Source: Clostridia bacterium (GTDB taxonomy: Bacteria; Bacillota; Clostridia; UMGS1883; UMGS1540). From it: DNA of 40,985 nucleotides. Position numbers and translations under genes: made by a program. The notes under the pieces were generated by a model. The model was not told where the DNA came from. It saw nothing but the letters and a program-made list of their open reading frames with translations, and searched no databases. Location: positions 1 through 40,985 of the forward strand of contig JAZNUH010000094.1 in the NCBI GenBank assembly GCA_045592225.1. The letters run 5' to 3'. Shown here piece after piece: positions 30,707-40,985 of the stretch (position 1 is its first letter; each line of letters opens with the position of its first letter).

Positions 30707-31897
30707 ATGGCAAGAAAAGTCGGAACCATTTCAAGAGGTATTCGTTGCCCTATTATCCGTGAGGGAGACGATATTGCAGAGATTATGGTAACAAGCGTTA
30801 TGGAAGCAGCAGAGGAAGAAGGCTTTGAACTTCGTGACCGTGATGTTGTTGCGGTAACAGAATCTGTTGTTGCACGTGCACAGGGTAACTATGCATCTGT
30901 TGAGGCTATTGCACAGGATGTAAAGGAAAAGCTTGGTGACGGTACAATAGGTGTAATTTTCCCCATTCTCAGCCGTAACCGCTTTGCAATCTGTCTGCGC
31001 GGTATTGCAATGGGAGTTAAAAAGGTTGTGCTTATGCTCAGCTATCCCAGTGACGAGGTGGGCAATGCAATTGTTTCCTTGGACCAGCTTGACGAGGCGG
31101 GCATTAACCCTTATACAGACGTTCTCACAGAAGCAAAATACAGAGAACTGTTTGGTGAAAATCCTCACCCCTTCACCAATGTGGACTATATTAAGTACTA
31201 TGGTGACTTAATCCGTTCCTGCGGTGCAGAGGCTGAAATTATTCTTGCAAACGACCCCCGTGCTATATTAAAGTATGCAGACAGTGTGCTGACCTGTGAT
31301 ATTCACAGCCGCGCACGTACAAAGAGAATACTTCTTGCTGCAGGCGCAAAGCGTGTGGCAGGACTTGACGATATTCTGAACAAACCCGTAAACGGTAGCG
31401 GCTACAATTCAAAGTACGGTCTTTTAGGCTCCAATAAATCCACAGAGGACACAATTAAGCTGTTCCCCCAGGAATGCTTTGAAATGGTAAATGATGTTCA
31501 AAAGAGATTTAAAGAACGCACAGGTAAAAATGTTGAGGTAATGGTTTACGGTGACGGTGCCTTCAAGGATCCTGTGGGCAAAATATGGGAGCTTGCTGAC
31601 CCGGTTGTTTCACCTGCATACACAAAGGGACTTGAAGGAACACCAAATGAGCTTAAGCTCAAATACCTTGCGGACAACGATTATGCTGACCTTAAGGGCG
31701 AAGAACTTAAAAAGGCTATTGAAGAGGCAATCCGTAAAAAGGATGCAGACCTTGTGGGAAACATGGCATCCCAGGGCACAACACCCCGCCGCCTTACCGA
31801 CCTTATCGGTTCACTTTGTGACCTGACAAGCGGCTCGGGCGATAAGGGAACACCCATAATACTTGTTCAGGGATATTTTGATAATATGACAGACTGA
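30707..31897 (+). CDS. Coenzyme F420-0:gamma-glutamate ligase (CofE)-like protein, true substrate unknown
   Basis: N-terminal P.I..GDD....I...DVVAVTESVVARAQG and C-terminal DL..GSGDKGTPIILVQG resemble CofE family termini. The ATG at 30707 follows GGAGG. Confidence 0.78.
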   Translation: MARKVGTISRGIRCPIIREGDDIAEIMVTSVMEAAEEEGFELRDRDVVAVTESVVARAQGNYASVEAIAQDVKEKLGDGTIGVIFPILSRNRFAICLRGIAMGVKKVVLMLSYPSDEVGNAIVSLDQLDEAGINPYTDVLTEAKYRELFGENPHPFTNVDYIKYYGDLIRSCGAEAEIILANDPRAILKYADSVLTCDIHSRARTKRILLAAGAKRVAGLDDILNKPVNGSGYNSKYGLLGSNKSTEDTIKLFPQECFEMVNDVQKRFKERTGKNVEVMVYGDGAFKDPVGKIWELADPVVSPAYTKGLEGTPNELKLKYLADNDYADLKGEELKKAIEEAIRKKDADLVGNMASQGTTPRRLTDLIGSLCDLTSGSGDKGTPIILVQGYFDNMTD

Positions 31898-31901
31898 TAC
31901 T

Positions 31902-31929
31902 AAGGGGACGCGACAGCGTCCCCTTTTTT
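31902..31929 (+). terminator. Rho-independent terminator
   Basis: aaggggacgc-gaca-gcgtcccctt followed by a T run. Confidence 0.87.
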
Positions 31930-31940
31930 AATCTAAAATA

Positions 31941-31969
31941 TTGAAAAGGAAAGCTGATTGTGTTATAAT
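31941..31969 (+). promoter_or_regulatory. sigmaA promoter (extended -10) upstream of the glycosidase gene
   Basis: TTGAAA-N17-TATAAT with TG at 31961-31962. Confidence 0.78.
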
Positions 31970-32026
31970 CTTTTTATATTATATCTTTTTTGCGAAAAAC
32001 CTGCTTAAACAGAGGAGATACATACA

Positions 32027-34117
32027 ATGAACAAGGATATTTACAGCCCTTTACGAATGCTCCATGACGATTATGGATATAAAAAAGAAGACAGTTTTGA
32101 AAATAAAATAGATTGCATACACACCCGCCTTAAACAGCTTAAAGAGAAGGGTTTTGGCGGTGTTGTTACAAATGTTGCACATCAGGACTATTTACAGGAT
32201 GAAGAAGAGCTTGCACTTATGGCGGAAAAGGCAAAAGCCTGCAAAGAGCTTGGTATGAGAATGTGGCTTTATGACGAGGATGGCTGGCCCAGTGGTCCGG
32301 CTATGGCCCTGACGGTAAGTGCTGACCCTGAGTGTCAGGCAAGAGGCTGTGCAATGGTGGTAAAAATTTTGGCACCGGGCGAAAAAATGAGCTTGCCTTT
32401 GCCAAAAGGTCATTTAAAGCTAATGCAGGCAGTAGCTTACCTTATGCAAGGGGAAACACCTACTGATGAAGAGCTTCTCACGGTTTATGACCGTAGCAGC
32501 ACTCTGCCTGTGGAATTTGCCAATAATACAGATAAAAATATGCTATGCCTGTCCTTTTTTGAAAAATATGCCTTTGAAGGTACGCAGGCACAAAACAACG
32601 GCTATGCCTGCCGCAGATATATTGACGTAACAAACCCCAAGGCGGTACGCCTGTTTATTGAAAATACATATAAGCCATATACAGAAAAGCTGCAGAAGTA
32701 TTATGCAAAATCGGTTGACGATATGGGAGAAGATGCTGTGATTGAGGCAATCTTTACCGACGAGCCTTCCTTTATGGGCATTTATATGAATAACGGCAAT
32801 ATGCATGGGGAGATTTTACACACACCCGATATGGAAATACCTTTGTATCCCATGGTCAGCTGGGGACGTCACCTTTCGGAACAATTTAATAAAACATACG
32901 GCTATGCGATAGAGGATGAGCTGACCGCTTTGTTTATGGGCCACGGCAAGCATTTTTGCCGTGTGCGTGAAGACTTTTACAAGCTTATGAGCACACTTTA
33001 CGAGGAGGCGTACTTCAAGCAGCTTTCCGAATATTGTGCATCTGTTGGTTTGAACTTCTCGGGGCATTTGCTTTTAGAAGATAAAATAGGTATGCATACC
33101 GTGTTTGAAGGAAACTATTTTTCGCTTCTTCGTCATATGCACATTCCCGGCTTTGACATTTTAAACGGCGTTCCTGAAAGAGTGTTTGCGCAAGCGTTTA
33201 CACCCCTTCTGGTACGCAGTATCGCAGAGCTTAACAATCGCGCCTATGTTATGGATGAAACAGGATGCCAGCAACAGGGAAATGTGATTTTACCAAAGCA
33301 TATGTACTGTTCACTTATGATGCAGGTGGCTTTGGGCGGTGACATATTCCACTCTTATTATCCTGAAACTGAGGATGAGGAGAAAAAGAAAAACTGGGAT
33401 GCACTTGCACGTGTCAACAGCGCAATTTACGGAACACGATTAACAGATACGCTGCTGTACTACCCCATCGAAACTATGATGCGACACAGAAAACCTCTTC
33501 AGCAGGGGTATGAAAATAATCGCGGTAATTATGCAGATTACCGTGAAGTGGGGGACAACTCACCCCAAGTTATAGCGGCTTGTGATAAAGCTATGACCGA
33601 TGCGCAGTATGCAATGCTCAATGCGCAGCACCCATTTACCTTCATTGATGCCAAAACGGCGGTAACACAGCCCGGGGACAAGTGGAAAAGCTTTGTTGTA
33701 GGTGCCTGTGAACTCAGTGGTGAGCTTGTTTGCGCAATAAATAAAATGCTGGGTGACGGATGTAATGTTATCTGGTATCGTCCTTTGGAGGATACAGTTT
33801 TTGAAAACACAGATGCATCACTGCCAAAAGGCGTACATATTGCGCGTACAGCTGAAGAACTCATGGCTCTGGTACGTCCCGAGGGTGCACGCCTTATTGC
33901 ACCGGAAGGCTCAACAGAGGGTGTTATAATCAGGCAGACAGATAAATGCACTTTGCTTGTAAACAGTAAAAACGAGACAAAGAAACTCTGTTGGAAGGGC
34001 ACCGTTGCACGCATTGTTGACCCTTACACAAACACAGAAATTTTTATAAAAAGTGATAAGAGGAACATCTTCTTTACTTTGGAGGCCTACCAATCGGCTT
34101 TACTATATATAAAATAA
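32027..34117 (+). CDS. Glycoside hydrolase, GH106 (alpha-L-rhamnosidase)-like, cytoplasmic
   Basis: LKEKGFGGV, LGMRMWLYDEDGWPSG, IFTDEP, L.FSGH, PGFD and MDE motifs resemble the GH106-like TIM barrel; no signal peptide. Confidence 0.65.
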   Translation: MNKDIYSPLRMLHDDYGYKKEDSFENKIDCIHTRLKQLKEKGFGGVVTNVAHQDYLQDEEELALMAEKAKACKELGMRMWLYDEDGWPSGPAMALTVSADPECQARGCAMVVKILAPGEKMSLPLPKGHLKLMQAVAYLMQGETPTDEELLTVYDRSSTLPVEFANNTDKNMLCLSFFEKYAFEGTQAQNNGYACRRYIDVTNPKAVRLFIENTYKPYTEKLQKYYAKSVDDMGEDAVIEAIFTDEPSFMGIYMNNGNMHGEILHTPDMEIPLYPMVSWGRHLSEQFNKTYGYAIEDELTALFMGHGKHFCRVREDFYKLMSTLYEEAYFKQLSEYCASVGLNFSGHLLLEDKIGMHTVFEGNYFSLLRHMHIPGFDILNGVPERVFAQAFTPLLVRSIAELNNRAYVMDETGCQQQGNVILPKHMYCSLMMQVALGGDIFHSYYPETEDEEKKKNWDALARVNSAIYGTRLTDTLLYYPIETMMRHRKPLQQGYENNRGNYADYREVGDNSPQVIAACDKAMTDAQYAMLNAQHPFTFIDAKTAVTQPGDKWKSFVVGACELSGELVCAINKMLGDGCNVIWYRPLEDTVFENTDASLPKGVHIARTAEELMALVRPEGARLIAPEGSTEGVIIRQTDKCTLLVNSKNETKKLCWKGTVARIVDPYTNTEIFIKSDKRNIFFTLEAYQSALLYIK

Positions 34118-34139
34118 TTAACTATACCTGGAGGTAACT

Positions 34140-35057
34140 ATGCCTATAAAAATACCCGATAAATTACCCGCAACAAAAACCCTCAGAGGAGAAAATATTT
34201 TCGTAATGACAGAGAAAAGGGCACAGGGACAGGATATACGTCCCTTAAGGATTGCTATTTTCAATCTTATGCCTACAAAAATTGCTACCGAGACACAGCT
34301 TATGCGTGCGCTCAGTAACTCACCCTTGCAGGTGGAGATAGTGTTGCTTCACACCTCGTCACATCAGTCAAAAAATACGTCGGAGGAGCACCTTGCCTCA
34401 TTTTACAAGACCTTCGCTGACATAAAGGACCAGAAATTTGACGGACTTATTATAACAGGTGCACCGGTTGAACGTCTTGAGTTTGAAGAGGTGGATTACT
34501 GGGAAGAGCTTAAGGATGTAATGGAGTGGTCAAAAACCCACGTTACAAGCACCTTCCATATATGCTGGGCGGCACAGGCGGGGCTTTATTACCATTACGG
34601 AATTGGTAAATACGAGCTGCCTAAAAAGATTTCGGGCATATATAAGCACAAGGTAAAAAGACCCAAGGCAAAGCTTGTAAGTGGCTTTGATGAGGAATTT
34701 TATGCACCCCATTCCCGATATACAGGAATACGCAAGGAGGACATAAAAGCAGTACCCGAGCTTGCTATTTTGGTATCATCAAAGGAGGTTGGACCCTATA
34801 TTGTTGCATCGGGTGACGGAAAACACGTGTTTGTTACAGGCCACTCGGAATATGATGCCGACACTCTGCACAATGAATATATAAGAGATTTGGAAAAGGG
34901 CATAAATCCCGACATACCTGCCAACTACTACCCCAACAACGACCCCACACAAAAACCGGTGGTAAGATGGCGCTCCCATTCCAATTTGTTATTCACAAAC
35001 TGGCTTAACTACTATGTATACCAGATTACACCATACGATATAGGTGATATAGGCTGA
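34140..35057 (+). CDS. metA: Homoserine O-acyltransferase MetA family, predicted acetyltransferase
   Basis: MPIKIP, NLMP.K..TE.Q, ITGAPVE (Glu at the specificity position), HICWAAQA (Cys), PHSR and GHSEY. Confidence 0.95.
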   Translation: MPIKIPDKLPATKTLRGENIFVMTEKRAQGQDIRPLRIAIFNLMPTKIATETQLMRALSNSPLQVEIVLLHTSSHQSKNTSEEHLASFYKTFADIKDQKFDGLIITGAPVERLEFEEVDYWEELKDVMEWSKTHVTSTFHICWAAQAGLYYHYGIGKYELPKKISGIYKHKVKRPKAKLVSGFDEEFYAPHSRYTGIRKEDIKAVPELAILVSSKEVGPYIVASGDGKHVFVTGHSEYDADTLHNEYIRDLEKGINPDIPANYYPNNDPTQKPVVRWRSHSNLLFTNWLNYYVYQITPYDIGDIG

Positions 35058-35557
35058 TGAAATACGATTTTATAAATATTTATAAAAGGGCATACAAAAT
35101 ACTTGAGAATGTAACACCCCTGCCTTACGATTGCGGCAAGCTGTGTAAGGGCGCCTGCTGTAAGGATAACGATGTGGGTACCGGAATGTATTTGTACCCC
35201 TGCGAAATTAAAATGTATAAAAACCTTCCCGAATGGGCGGAAATAGAAAAATCCGATTTTGTATACGGTGGAAAGGCGGCGCACATTTTGTCGTGTAACG
35301 AGCACTGCGACAGAAAAATGCGACCTTTAGCCTGCAGAATTTTTCCGCTTGTGCCCTATGATGACGGAGAAGGAATAAAAATTATTATGGACCCGAGAGC
35401 TATGGACATGTGTCCTGTAGCACGTGGAATGAAGGTATCACCCGAGTTTATAAACGCGGTTACAAGAGCCATGAATATGCTTAAAAAAACAAAAGAGGGC
35501 AAGGAGTTCATAAGAGAACAATCTCACATAATTGACGATTATATAAATATTTTATAA
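35057..35557 (+). CDS. Cys-cluster protein (CxxxCxxxCC...C...C..RP..C..FP...CP), YkgJ/CxxCxxCC-like metal-binding family
   Basis: DCGKLCKGACC, CNEHC, RPLACRIFP and CP motifs; the start overlaps the metA stop (TGATG). Confidence 0.7.
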   Translation: MKYDFINIYKRAYKILENVTPLPYDCGKLCKGACCKDNDVGTGMYLYPCEIKMYKNLPEWAEIEKSDFVYGGKAAHILSCNEHCDRKMRPLACRIFPLVPYDDGEGIKIIMDPRAMDMCPVARGMKVSPEFINAVTRAMNMLKKTKEGKEFIREQSHIIDDYINIL

Positions 35558-35563
35558 AGGGGA

Positions 35564-37900
35564 ATGAAAATGAACAACGTAAAAAAATATGTAACATTTA
35601 TTTGCATCATTTGTATGTTGTTTACACTGGCTCCGACAAAAATGGATGTCAGAGCAGATGGTACAGCTGACATTTTGGAATACCTGACTATACTTGATAA
35701 AGACCCGGCATATCTTACGGTAATGGCATCTTCACTGGTGACGGTTGACAGCTTGTTTGCGGGGGATGACTATGTCCTTCGTGACGCGGCAGATATGGAT
35801 TTGATTGTTATTGAAATATCAGTTCTGTACGATATGACAGAGGAACAGGAAGCACAGCTTCGCCTGTGCCTTGAAGAATTGTATGGATTTTTTGCGGACA
35901 AGCCGGACAGATTTAACGAGTTTATACACTATCTTATGAACAGAGAAAACTTTGTACTGCCGGTAGGAGATCAGGCAGGCTTTGAAGAGCTTTTCCCCAC
36001 AATCGTTACAGAGGCAGAGTCGACTATGTACAGCTTTACATACTTTATGAATGTAATGGATGACTTTAATAAGCTGTATATAGATAAAAGAGGCGAAACA
36101 CTCTTTTACTATACTGACGGATATGTAAAACAGCGTGGCAATGCAAATGTACTTTTCTCTTCAACTGCTATTACAGGTAAAGGCAGAATGGATGCTGACC
36201 TTTATGGTGTAATGACAGACACACTGGATAACATATTTAACATCGCAGATGAAAATGAGAGGGGTATGTTTGTTAATTACCTGATTATGGCAGGTATTGC
36301 AGGCGAGGAAGTATCAGTAGATTCCATGCAGCCTGATATGATGGTTGAAAGTCTTTATGATGCACTTTCGCCCCAGTACACTCAGAAGAATGGATTTATA
36401 CATGCATTTGAGTCGGCACAGGATATTTATAACGAATACAAGGCAATGGCGGAACAGTATAAAATGACAGACAAGGGCACAGAAATTGTTGCCCAGGCTA
36501 TGAGCCGTGCAGCAACCATAAAAATTTCTGCATCGGATGTCAGCGGAGATGACGGCATAAGCGTTTACTTTGACGGGGAAGATGCATTTAATTTTGCTTA
36601 TGTAAATGCACAAAAGGTCAGAAATTTGTTTGTTCAAAATGAAATTCCTGTGTCAAAAACAATTAAATTTGATATGAGCATCACCTTTGATGATGCAGAT
36701 GCAGATAAGGCAGAGGTGTTCTTCCCAGAGTCTGCAATGAGTATTGCGGCAAACGGTGCGGTAAGAACATATAATCTGGTTATTGACGGTGTGACCGCCG
36801 CTATGATTACTGAAGAAATAAAAGAAAGCGGCCTGCTGAGCGGCAGAGAAATCGGACTTGCTTTATCGGTGGAATCATCAGAAACCAAGCTGCCCGACCA
36901 TGCAAAAAAATTAAACAATGCCGATGTAATAAGTGTTAATCTGTACAGAGACGGCGATGAAATTGTTGACCAGGTTCCCGCAGGTGCAATTAAACTTATA
37001 ATCACCGACGGCAAAACCGAAAATAACTTTTATGCTATTGACAGCGAGGGCGAATGTATCGAGGTTACAGATTTTAATATTGAAAACAGTAATGTAAGCT
37101 TTAGCATAGGTGAGGGACGTATGTTTGTATATGTAACCGAGTTTGCAGAGGAAACAGAGCCCACACCCACACCTACCACTACTACAAAGCCTACAACATC
37201 ACCTACCACCACACCCAAGCCTTCGGGCGACAGTAATGTACCCGGATGGGGTTCTTCCGGGGATGAGGATGAAACAACCTCGCCAGAGCCCACTCCCACA
37301 ACAGCTCCGGAGCAGAGCAATGAGCCTGAGGCTACACCCGACATACCCGAAATAGAGGTTGACTTTTCCGATGTACCCGAAACACATTGGGGCAGAGAAT
37401 ATATATACGCCCTTGCAAGGCGCGGAATAATAAGCGGCGTGGGTGACGGAATGTTTGCACCCGAGGCAAACATAACACGCGAACAATTTGCAAAGATACT
37501 TGTAGAGGCATTTAATTTGCGTGACGATACGGCACAATGTGATTTTAAAGATGTAAAAAAAGGCGAATGGTATGAAATTTATGTTGCATCTGCACAAAAA
37601 TGTGGTATAATAAACGGTATTGGCGACGGTTTGTTCGGAGTGGGACAGAATATTACCCGTCAGGACATGGCGGTAATGATTACACGTGCGGCACAGGCAG
37701 CAAAGGCGACAATACCTGCAAAAAAGGGTATGCCGCAGTTTACAGACTATGCTGACGTAAGCAGCTATGCAACCGTATCAATACGAATACTCACATCGGG
37801 CGACATTATTAACGGCTTTGAGGACAACACCTTCAGACCCTTTGCATTTGCAACCAGGGCACAGGCCGCTAAAATGATATATATGCTAATTTTAAAATAA
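35564..37900 (+). CDS. Secreted S-layer homology (SLH) protein with Pro/Thr linker and uncharacterised acidic N-terminal region
   Basis: Signal peptide, PT-rich linker and three SLH repeats ([10 protein letters not shown]...GIISG...[13 protein letters not shown]; FKDV..GEWY...GIING...ITRQDMA; FTD...[12 protein letters not shown]...TRAQAA). Confidence 0.9.
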   Translation: MKMNNVKKYVTFICIICMLFTLAPTKMDVRADGTADILEYLTILDKDPAYLTVMASSLVTVDSLFAGDDYVLRDAADMDLIVIEISVLYDMTEEQEAQLRLCLEELYGFFADKPDRFNEFIHYLMNRENFVLPVGDQAGFEELFPTIVTEAESTMYSFTYFMNVMDDFNKLYIDKRGETLFYYTDGYVKQRGNANVLFSSTAITGKGRMDADLYGVMTDTLDNIFNIADENERGMFVNYLIMAGIAGEEVSVDSMQPDMMVESLYDALSPQYTQKNGFIHAFESAQDIYNEYKAMAEQYKMTDKGTEIVAQAMSRAATIKISASDVSGDDGISVYFDGEDAFNFAYVNAQKVRNLFVQNEIPVSKTIKFDMSITFDDADADKAEVFFPESAMSIAANGAVRTYNLVIDGVTAAMITEEIKESGLLSGREIGLALSVESSETKLPDHAKKLNNADVISVNLYRDGDEIVDQVPAGAIKLIITDGKTENNFYAIDSEGECIEVTDFNIENSNVSFSIGEGRMFVYVTEFAEETEPTPTPTTTTKPTTSPTTTPKPSGDSNVPGWGSSGDEDETTSPEPTPTTAPEQSNEPEATPDIPEIEVDFSDVPETHWGREYIYALARRGIISGVGDGMFAPEANITREQFAKILVEAFNLRDDTAQCDFKDVKKGEWYEIYVASAQKCGIINGIGDGLFGVGQNITRQDMAVMITRAAQAAKATIPAKKGMPQFTDYADVSSYATVSIRILTSGDIINGFEDNTFRPFAFATRAQAAKMIYMLILK

Positions 37901-37916
37901 AATGGAGGAATGCAAT

Positions 37917-39137
37917 ATGGCAAAAGACAAAATTGTATTAGCTTATTCGGGAGGACTTGACACATCAATTATTATTCCGTGGCTGAAAGAAAACTATGAC
38001 TGCGAAGTAATAGCTGTATGTGCAGACGTAGGTCAGGGCAAGGAAACAGAAGGTCTTGACGAGCGTGCAAAGGCAAGCGGTGCTGCAAAGCTGTACCTTG
38101 AAGATTTGCGCGAAGAATACGTAAAAGACTTCATTTATCCTACACTTAAGGCGGGCGCAGTTTACGAAGGTAAATACCTGCTGGGAACATCTCACGCACG
38201 CCCCATTATCGCAAAAAGACTTGTTGAAATTGCAGAGCAGGAAGGCGCAGTTGCTATCTGCCACGGTGCAACCGGTAAGGGTAACGACCAGGTAAGATTT
38301 GAGCTTACAGTTAAAGCACTTGCTCCTCACCTTAAAATAATAGCTCCCTGGAGAATATGGGACATTAAATCCAGAGAAGACGCAGTTGACTATGCAGAAG
38401 CTCACGGAATTGAAATTCCTGTTACAAAGAAGGACCTCTATTCAAGAGACCGTAACCTCTGGCACATCAGCCACGAAGGTATGGACCTTGAAGACCCCTA
38501 TAACATGCCCATGTTTGACAGCCTTTTAAAGCTGACAGTTCCCCCTCTTAAAACACCCGATGAACCCAAGTACATATCCATCGGCTTTGAAAAGGGTGAA
38601 CCCGTTTCTGTTGACGGCGTAAAAATGGCTCCCGTAGAACTTGTTGAAACACTCAACAAAATCGGTGGCGAATACGGTATTGGTATCGCAGATATCTGCG
38701 AAGACAGACTTGTTGGTATGAAGTCCCGCGGTGTTTACGAAACACCCGGCGGTACAATTTTATATTACGCTCATAACGAGCTTGAATACCTCTGCCTTGA
38801 CAGACAGACACAGGCATTCAAACGTCACGTTGGTATTAAATTTGCAGAGCTTGTTTACGACGGTAACTGGTTTACACCCCTGCGTGAAGCACTGTCCGCA
38901 TTTGTTGACAGCACACAGGAAACAGTTACAGGTGAAGTTCGCCTTATGCTTTACAAGGGCAACATTTACTCCGCAGGTGCTAAATCCAAATACTCACTCT
39001 ATAACGAAGAAATTGCAAGCTTCGGTGACAGCAAAGAGCTTTACAGCCACAAGGATGCAGAAGGATTTATCAATCTGTTTGGTCTGCCCCTTAAGGTTCG
39101 CGCTATGATGCTGGATAAAAACAAAGAGGAGAAATAA
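37917..39137 (+). CDS. argG: Argininosuccinate synthase
   Basis: [34 protein letters not shown] and [10 protein letters not shown]. The ATG at 37917 follows GGAGG. Confidence 0.98.
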   Translation: MAKDKIVLAYSGGLDTSIIIPWLKENYDCEVIAVCADVGQGKETEGLDERAKASGAAKLYLEDLREEYVKDFIYPTLKAGAVYEGKYLLGTSHARPIIAKRLVEIAEQEGAVAICHGATGKGNDQVRFELTVKALAPHLKIIAPWRIWDIKSREDAVDYAEAHGIEIPVTKKDLYSRDRNLWHISHEGMDLEDPYNMPMFDSLLKLTVPPLKTPDEPKYISIGFEKGEPVSVDGVKMAPVELVETLNKIGGEYGIGIADICEDRLVGMKSRGVYETPGGTILYYAHNELEYLCLDRQTQAFKRHVGIKFAELVYDGNWFTPLREALSAFVDSTQETVTGEVRLMLYKGNIYSAGAKSKYSLYNEEIASFGDSKELYSHKDAEGFINLFGLPLKVRAMMLDKNKEEK

Positions 39138-39141
39138 GTAA

Positions 39142-40527
39142 ATGAAGCTTTGGGGAGGACGTTTTGAAAAAAGCACCGACGAATCGGTGGATGATTTCAA
39201 CTCGTCAATCAGATTTGACAAAAGAATGTACAGAGAAGATATTGCCGGCAGTATTGCCCATGCAACAATGCTTGGCAAGCAGGGTATAATTCCTGCAGAA
39301 AACTCTGCACTTATTGTAAAAACATTAAAGGAAATTCTCTCGGATATTGACGCGGGCAAGGTGGAATTTGAGATAGGCGCCGAGGACATTCATATGAATG
39401 TTGAAAAAATTCTTACCGAGCGCATTGGCGATGCGGGTAAACAGCTGCACACCGGCAGAAGCAGAAATGACCAGGTGGCACTTGATTTGCGCATGTACTT
39501 AATGGGTGAGGAAAAAGAAATTTTTGAAATGGTAAAAGACCTGCTTTCCACACTTATTGACCTTGCTAAAAAGCATACAAATACTGTAATGCCCGGTTAC
39601 ACACATCTGCAAAAGGCACAGCCCATTACATTTGCACATCATCTTATGGCGTATGTGGGCATGTTTACAAGAGATTTGTCCCGCCTTGCAGACACAAAAA
39701 AGCGCACCGACTTAATGCCTCTCGGCTCGGGCGCACTTGCGGCAACAACCTATCCCCTTGACAGGGAACAGGTTGCACGCGACCTCGGCTTTGCAGGTGT
39801 TACACTCAATTCTCTTGACGGTGTAAGCGACAGGGATTTTGCCCTTGAGCTTGCATCCACACTTTCGCTTATAATGATGCATTTAAGCAGATTTTCCGAG
39901 GAAATAATTTTGTGGAGCAGTCACGAATTTTCATTTGTTGAAATGGATGACGCATATTCCACAGGCAGCAGTATTATGCCCCAGAAGAAAAACCCCGATG
40001 TTGCCGAGCTTATCCGCGGTAAAACCGGCAGAGTATACGGCGATTTGATGGGACTTTTAACAATGATGAAGGGACTTCCCCTTGCATACAACAAGGATAT
40101 GCAGGAGGACAAGGAACAGATATTTGATGCTGTTGACACGGTTAAAATGTGTCTGCCTGTATTTACAAAAATGATTGCTACAATGAAGGTAAATGAGCAG
40201 AAAATGAGAGAGGGCGCGGCAGGTGGCTTTACAAACGCAACCGATGCGGCTGACTATCTTGTTAAAAAGGGTCTGCCCTTCAGAGAAGCACACGAGATTG
40301 TGGGCAAAATGGTGCTTTATGCAACAAAGCAGGGCAAGGCACTGGATGAGCTTACCCTTGCCGAATATAAAGATTTGTCCGATATTTTTGAAGAGGACAT
40401 TTATGAGGCAATTAACCTTAAAACCTGCGTTGACGGACGTGCTATAATTGGCGGTCCGGCAGAAAAAGCGGTGCTTGAGGCAATAGCTTGGTCTGAAAAA
40501 ATAATTGAATCAATCAGTATAAACTAA
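39142..40527 (+). CDS. argH: Argininosuccinate lyase
   Basis: [39 protein letters not shown] and YNKD.QEDK. Confidence 0.98.
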   Translation: MKLWGGRFEKSTDESVDDFNSSIRFDKRMYREDIAGSIAHATMLGKQGIIPAENSALIVKTLKEILSDIDAGKVEFEIGAEDIHMNVEKILTERIGDAGKQLHTGRSRNDQVALDLRMYLMGEEKEIFEMVKDLLSTLIDLAKKHTNTVMPGYTHLQKAQPITFAHHLMAYVGMFTRDLSRLADTKKRTDLMPLGSGALAATTYPLDREQVARDLGFAGVTLNSLDGVSDRDFALELASTLSLIMMHLSRFSEEIILWSSHEFSFVEMDDAYSTGSSIMPQKKNPDVAELIRGKTGRVYGDLMGLLTMMKGLPLAYNKDMQEDKEQIFDAVDTVKMCLPVFTKMIATMKVNEQKMREGAAGGFTNATDAADYLVKKGLPFREAHEIVGKMVLYATKQGKALDELTLAEYKDLSDIFEEDIYEAINLKTCVDGRAIIGGPAEKAVLEAIAWSEKIIESISIN

Positions 40528-40565
40528 GCCCCGGGGCAGATAATATATCATAAGGAGTGATTCTT

Positions 40566-40820
40566 ATGATAGTAGCCGTACAAAAGGGACTTGGTAACAC
40601 GGGAGAACAACTGCGGAGCCGCGGGTTTGATGTTGTAACCTACGGTGAATATAATTATCCCATTGATGCTGTTGTATATATGGGAACAGAAAACTCACCG
40701 GTCACGCAGAATATGAGTATATCGGGCGGCAGTAGTGTGCTTATGGTAAATGCCACCGGCAAAACACCGGGGCAGATAGCACAGATACTAAACCGCAGAC
40801 TCTACTCTCCACTGTTTTAA
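40566..40820 (+). CDS. YkuS (UPF0180) family protein
   Basis: IVAV..GL.....L...G..VV...DAVVY.G...VNATGKT..QI pattern. The ATG at 40566 follows AAGGAG. Confidence 0.75.
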   Translation: MIVAVQKGLGNTGEQLRSRGFDVVTYGEYNYPIDAVVYMGTENSPVTQNMSISGGSSVLMVNATGKTPGQIAQILNRRLYSPLF

Positions 40821-40826
40821 CAAAGT

Positions 40827-40862
40827 AACAATCGCACAGAAAATTCTGTGCGATTGTTTTTT
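40827..40862 (+). terminator. Rho-independent terminator
   Basis: aacaatcgcacagaa-aa-ttctgtgcgattgtt followed by a T run. Confidence 0.87.
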
Positions 40863-40985
40863 GGGGGTTATTTTATGTATTGTATTTGGTAGGTTTTCAA
40901 AATGACTAATCTAATGAAAATAGCTTGAAGGTTCTAGTGTGTCAAGGGTCTTGCCATCTCCTTTCTATGTTTTTATTATACAACC

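Noticed and set aside
30707-31897. Calling the locus F420 biosynthesis (cofE/fbiB)
   Set aside because: No other F420 genes are in the window and the protein length is atypical, so the gene symbol is withheld.
37150-37350. Low-complexity CCN/ACN repeats as a DNA repeat element
   Set aside because: They encode the Pro/Thr linker of the SLH protein, and the codon third positions vary.

Overview
This window is chromosomal DNA from a low-GC, probably spore-forming Clostridia-class Firmicute. That is inferred from the spoVD/spoVE-type dcw cluster with DUF881/sbp, an SLH protein and canonical sigmaA promoters. From left to right it contains: (1) the 3' end of an RHS/YD-repeat polymorphic toxin whose C-terminus is a CHAP peptidoglycan hydrolase, followed by an overlapping lipoprotein (likely immunity) and a short tandem repeat; (2) a minus-strand block htrA-LCP-cyclophilin-gap, where the GAPDH is of the eukaryote-like type; (3) the dcw cluster mraZ-rsmH-ftsL-spoVD/ftsI-murE-murF-mraY-ftsW/spoVE-murG-murA-divIB-DUF881-sbp-ftsZ, with no murD or ftsA; (4) a ~770-bp non-coding region with a repeated ACCCCTG motif in both orientations, ahead of a YabE-like G5/3D protein; (5) ptsH, uvrC, topA-trmFO and guaB; (6) a divergent LysR / CofE-like glutamate ligase pair; (7) a tightly packed run of GH106-like glycosidase, metA, a Cys-cluster protein, an SLH surface protein, argG, argH and a ykuS-like gene. 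I found no rRNA, tRNA, CRISPR array, transposase or recognisable riboswitch. All family calls come from motif recognition by eye, and no searches were run. The best candidates for new biology are the RHS-CHAP/lipoprotein pair, the LysR-CofE-like module and the repeat-rich intergenic element.
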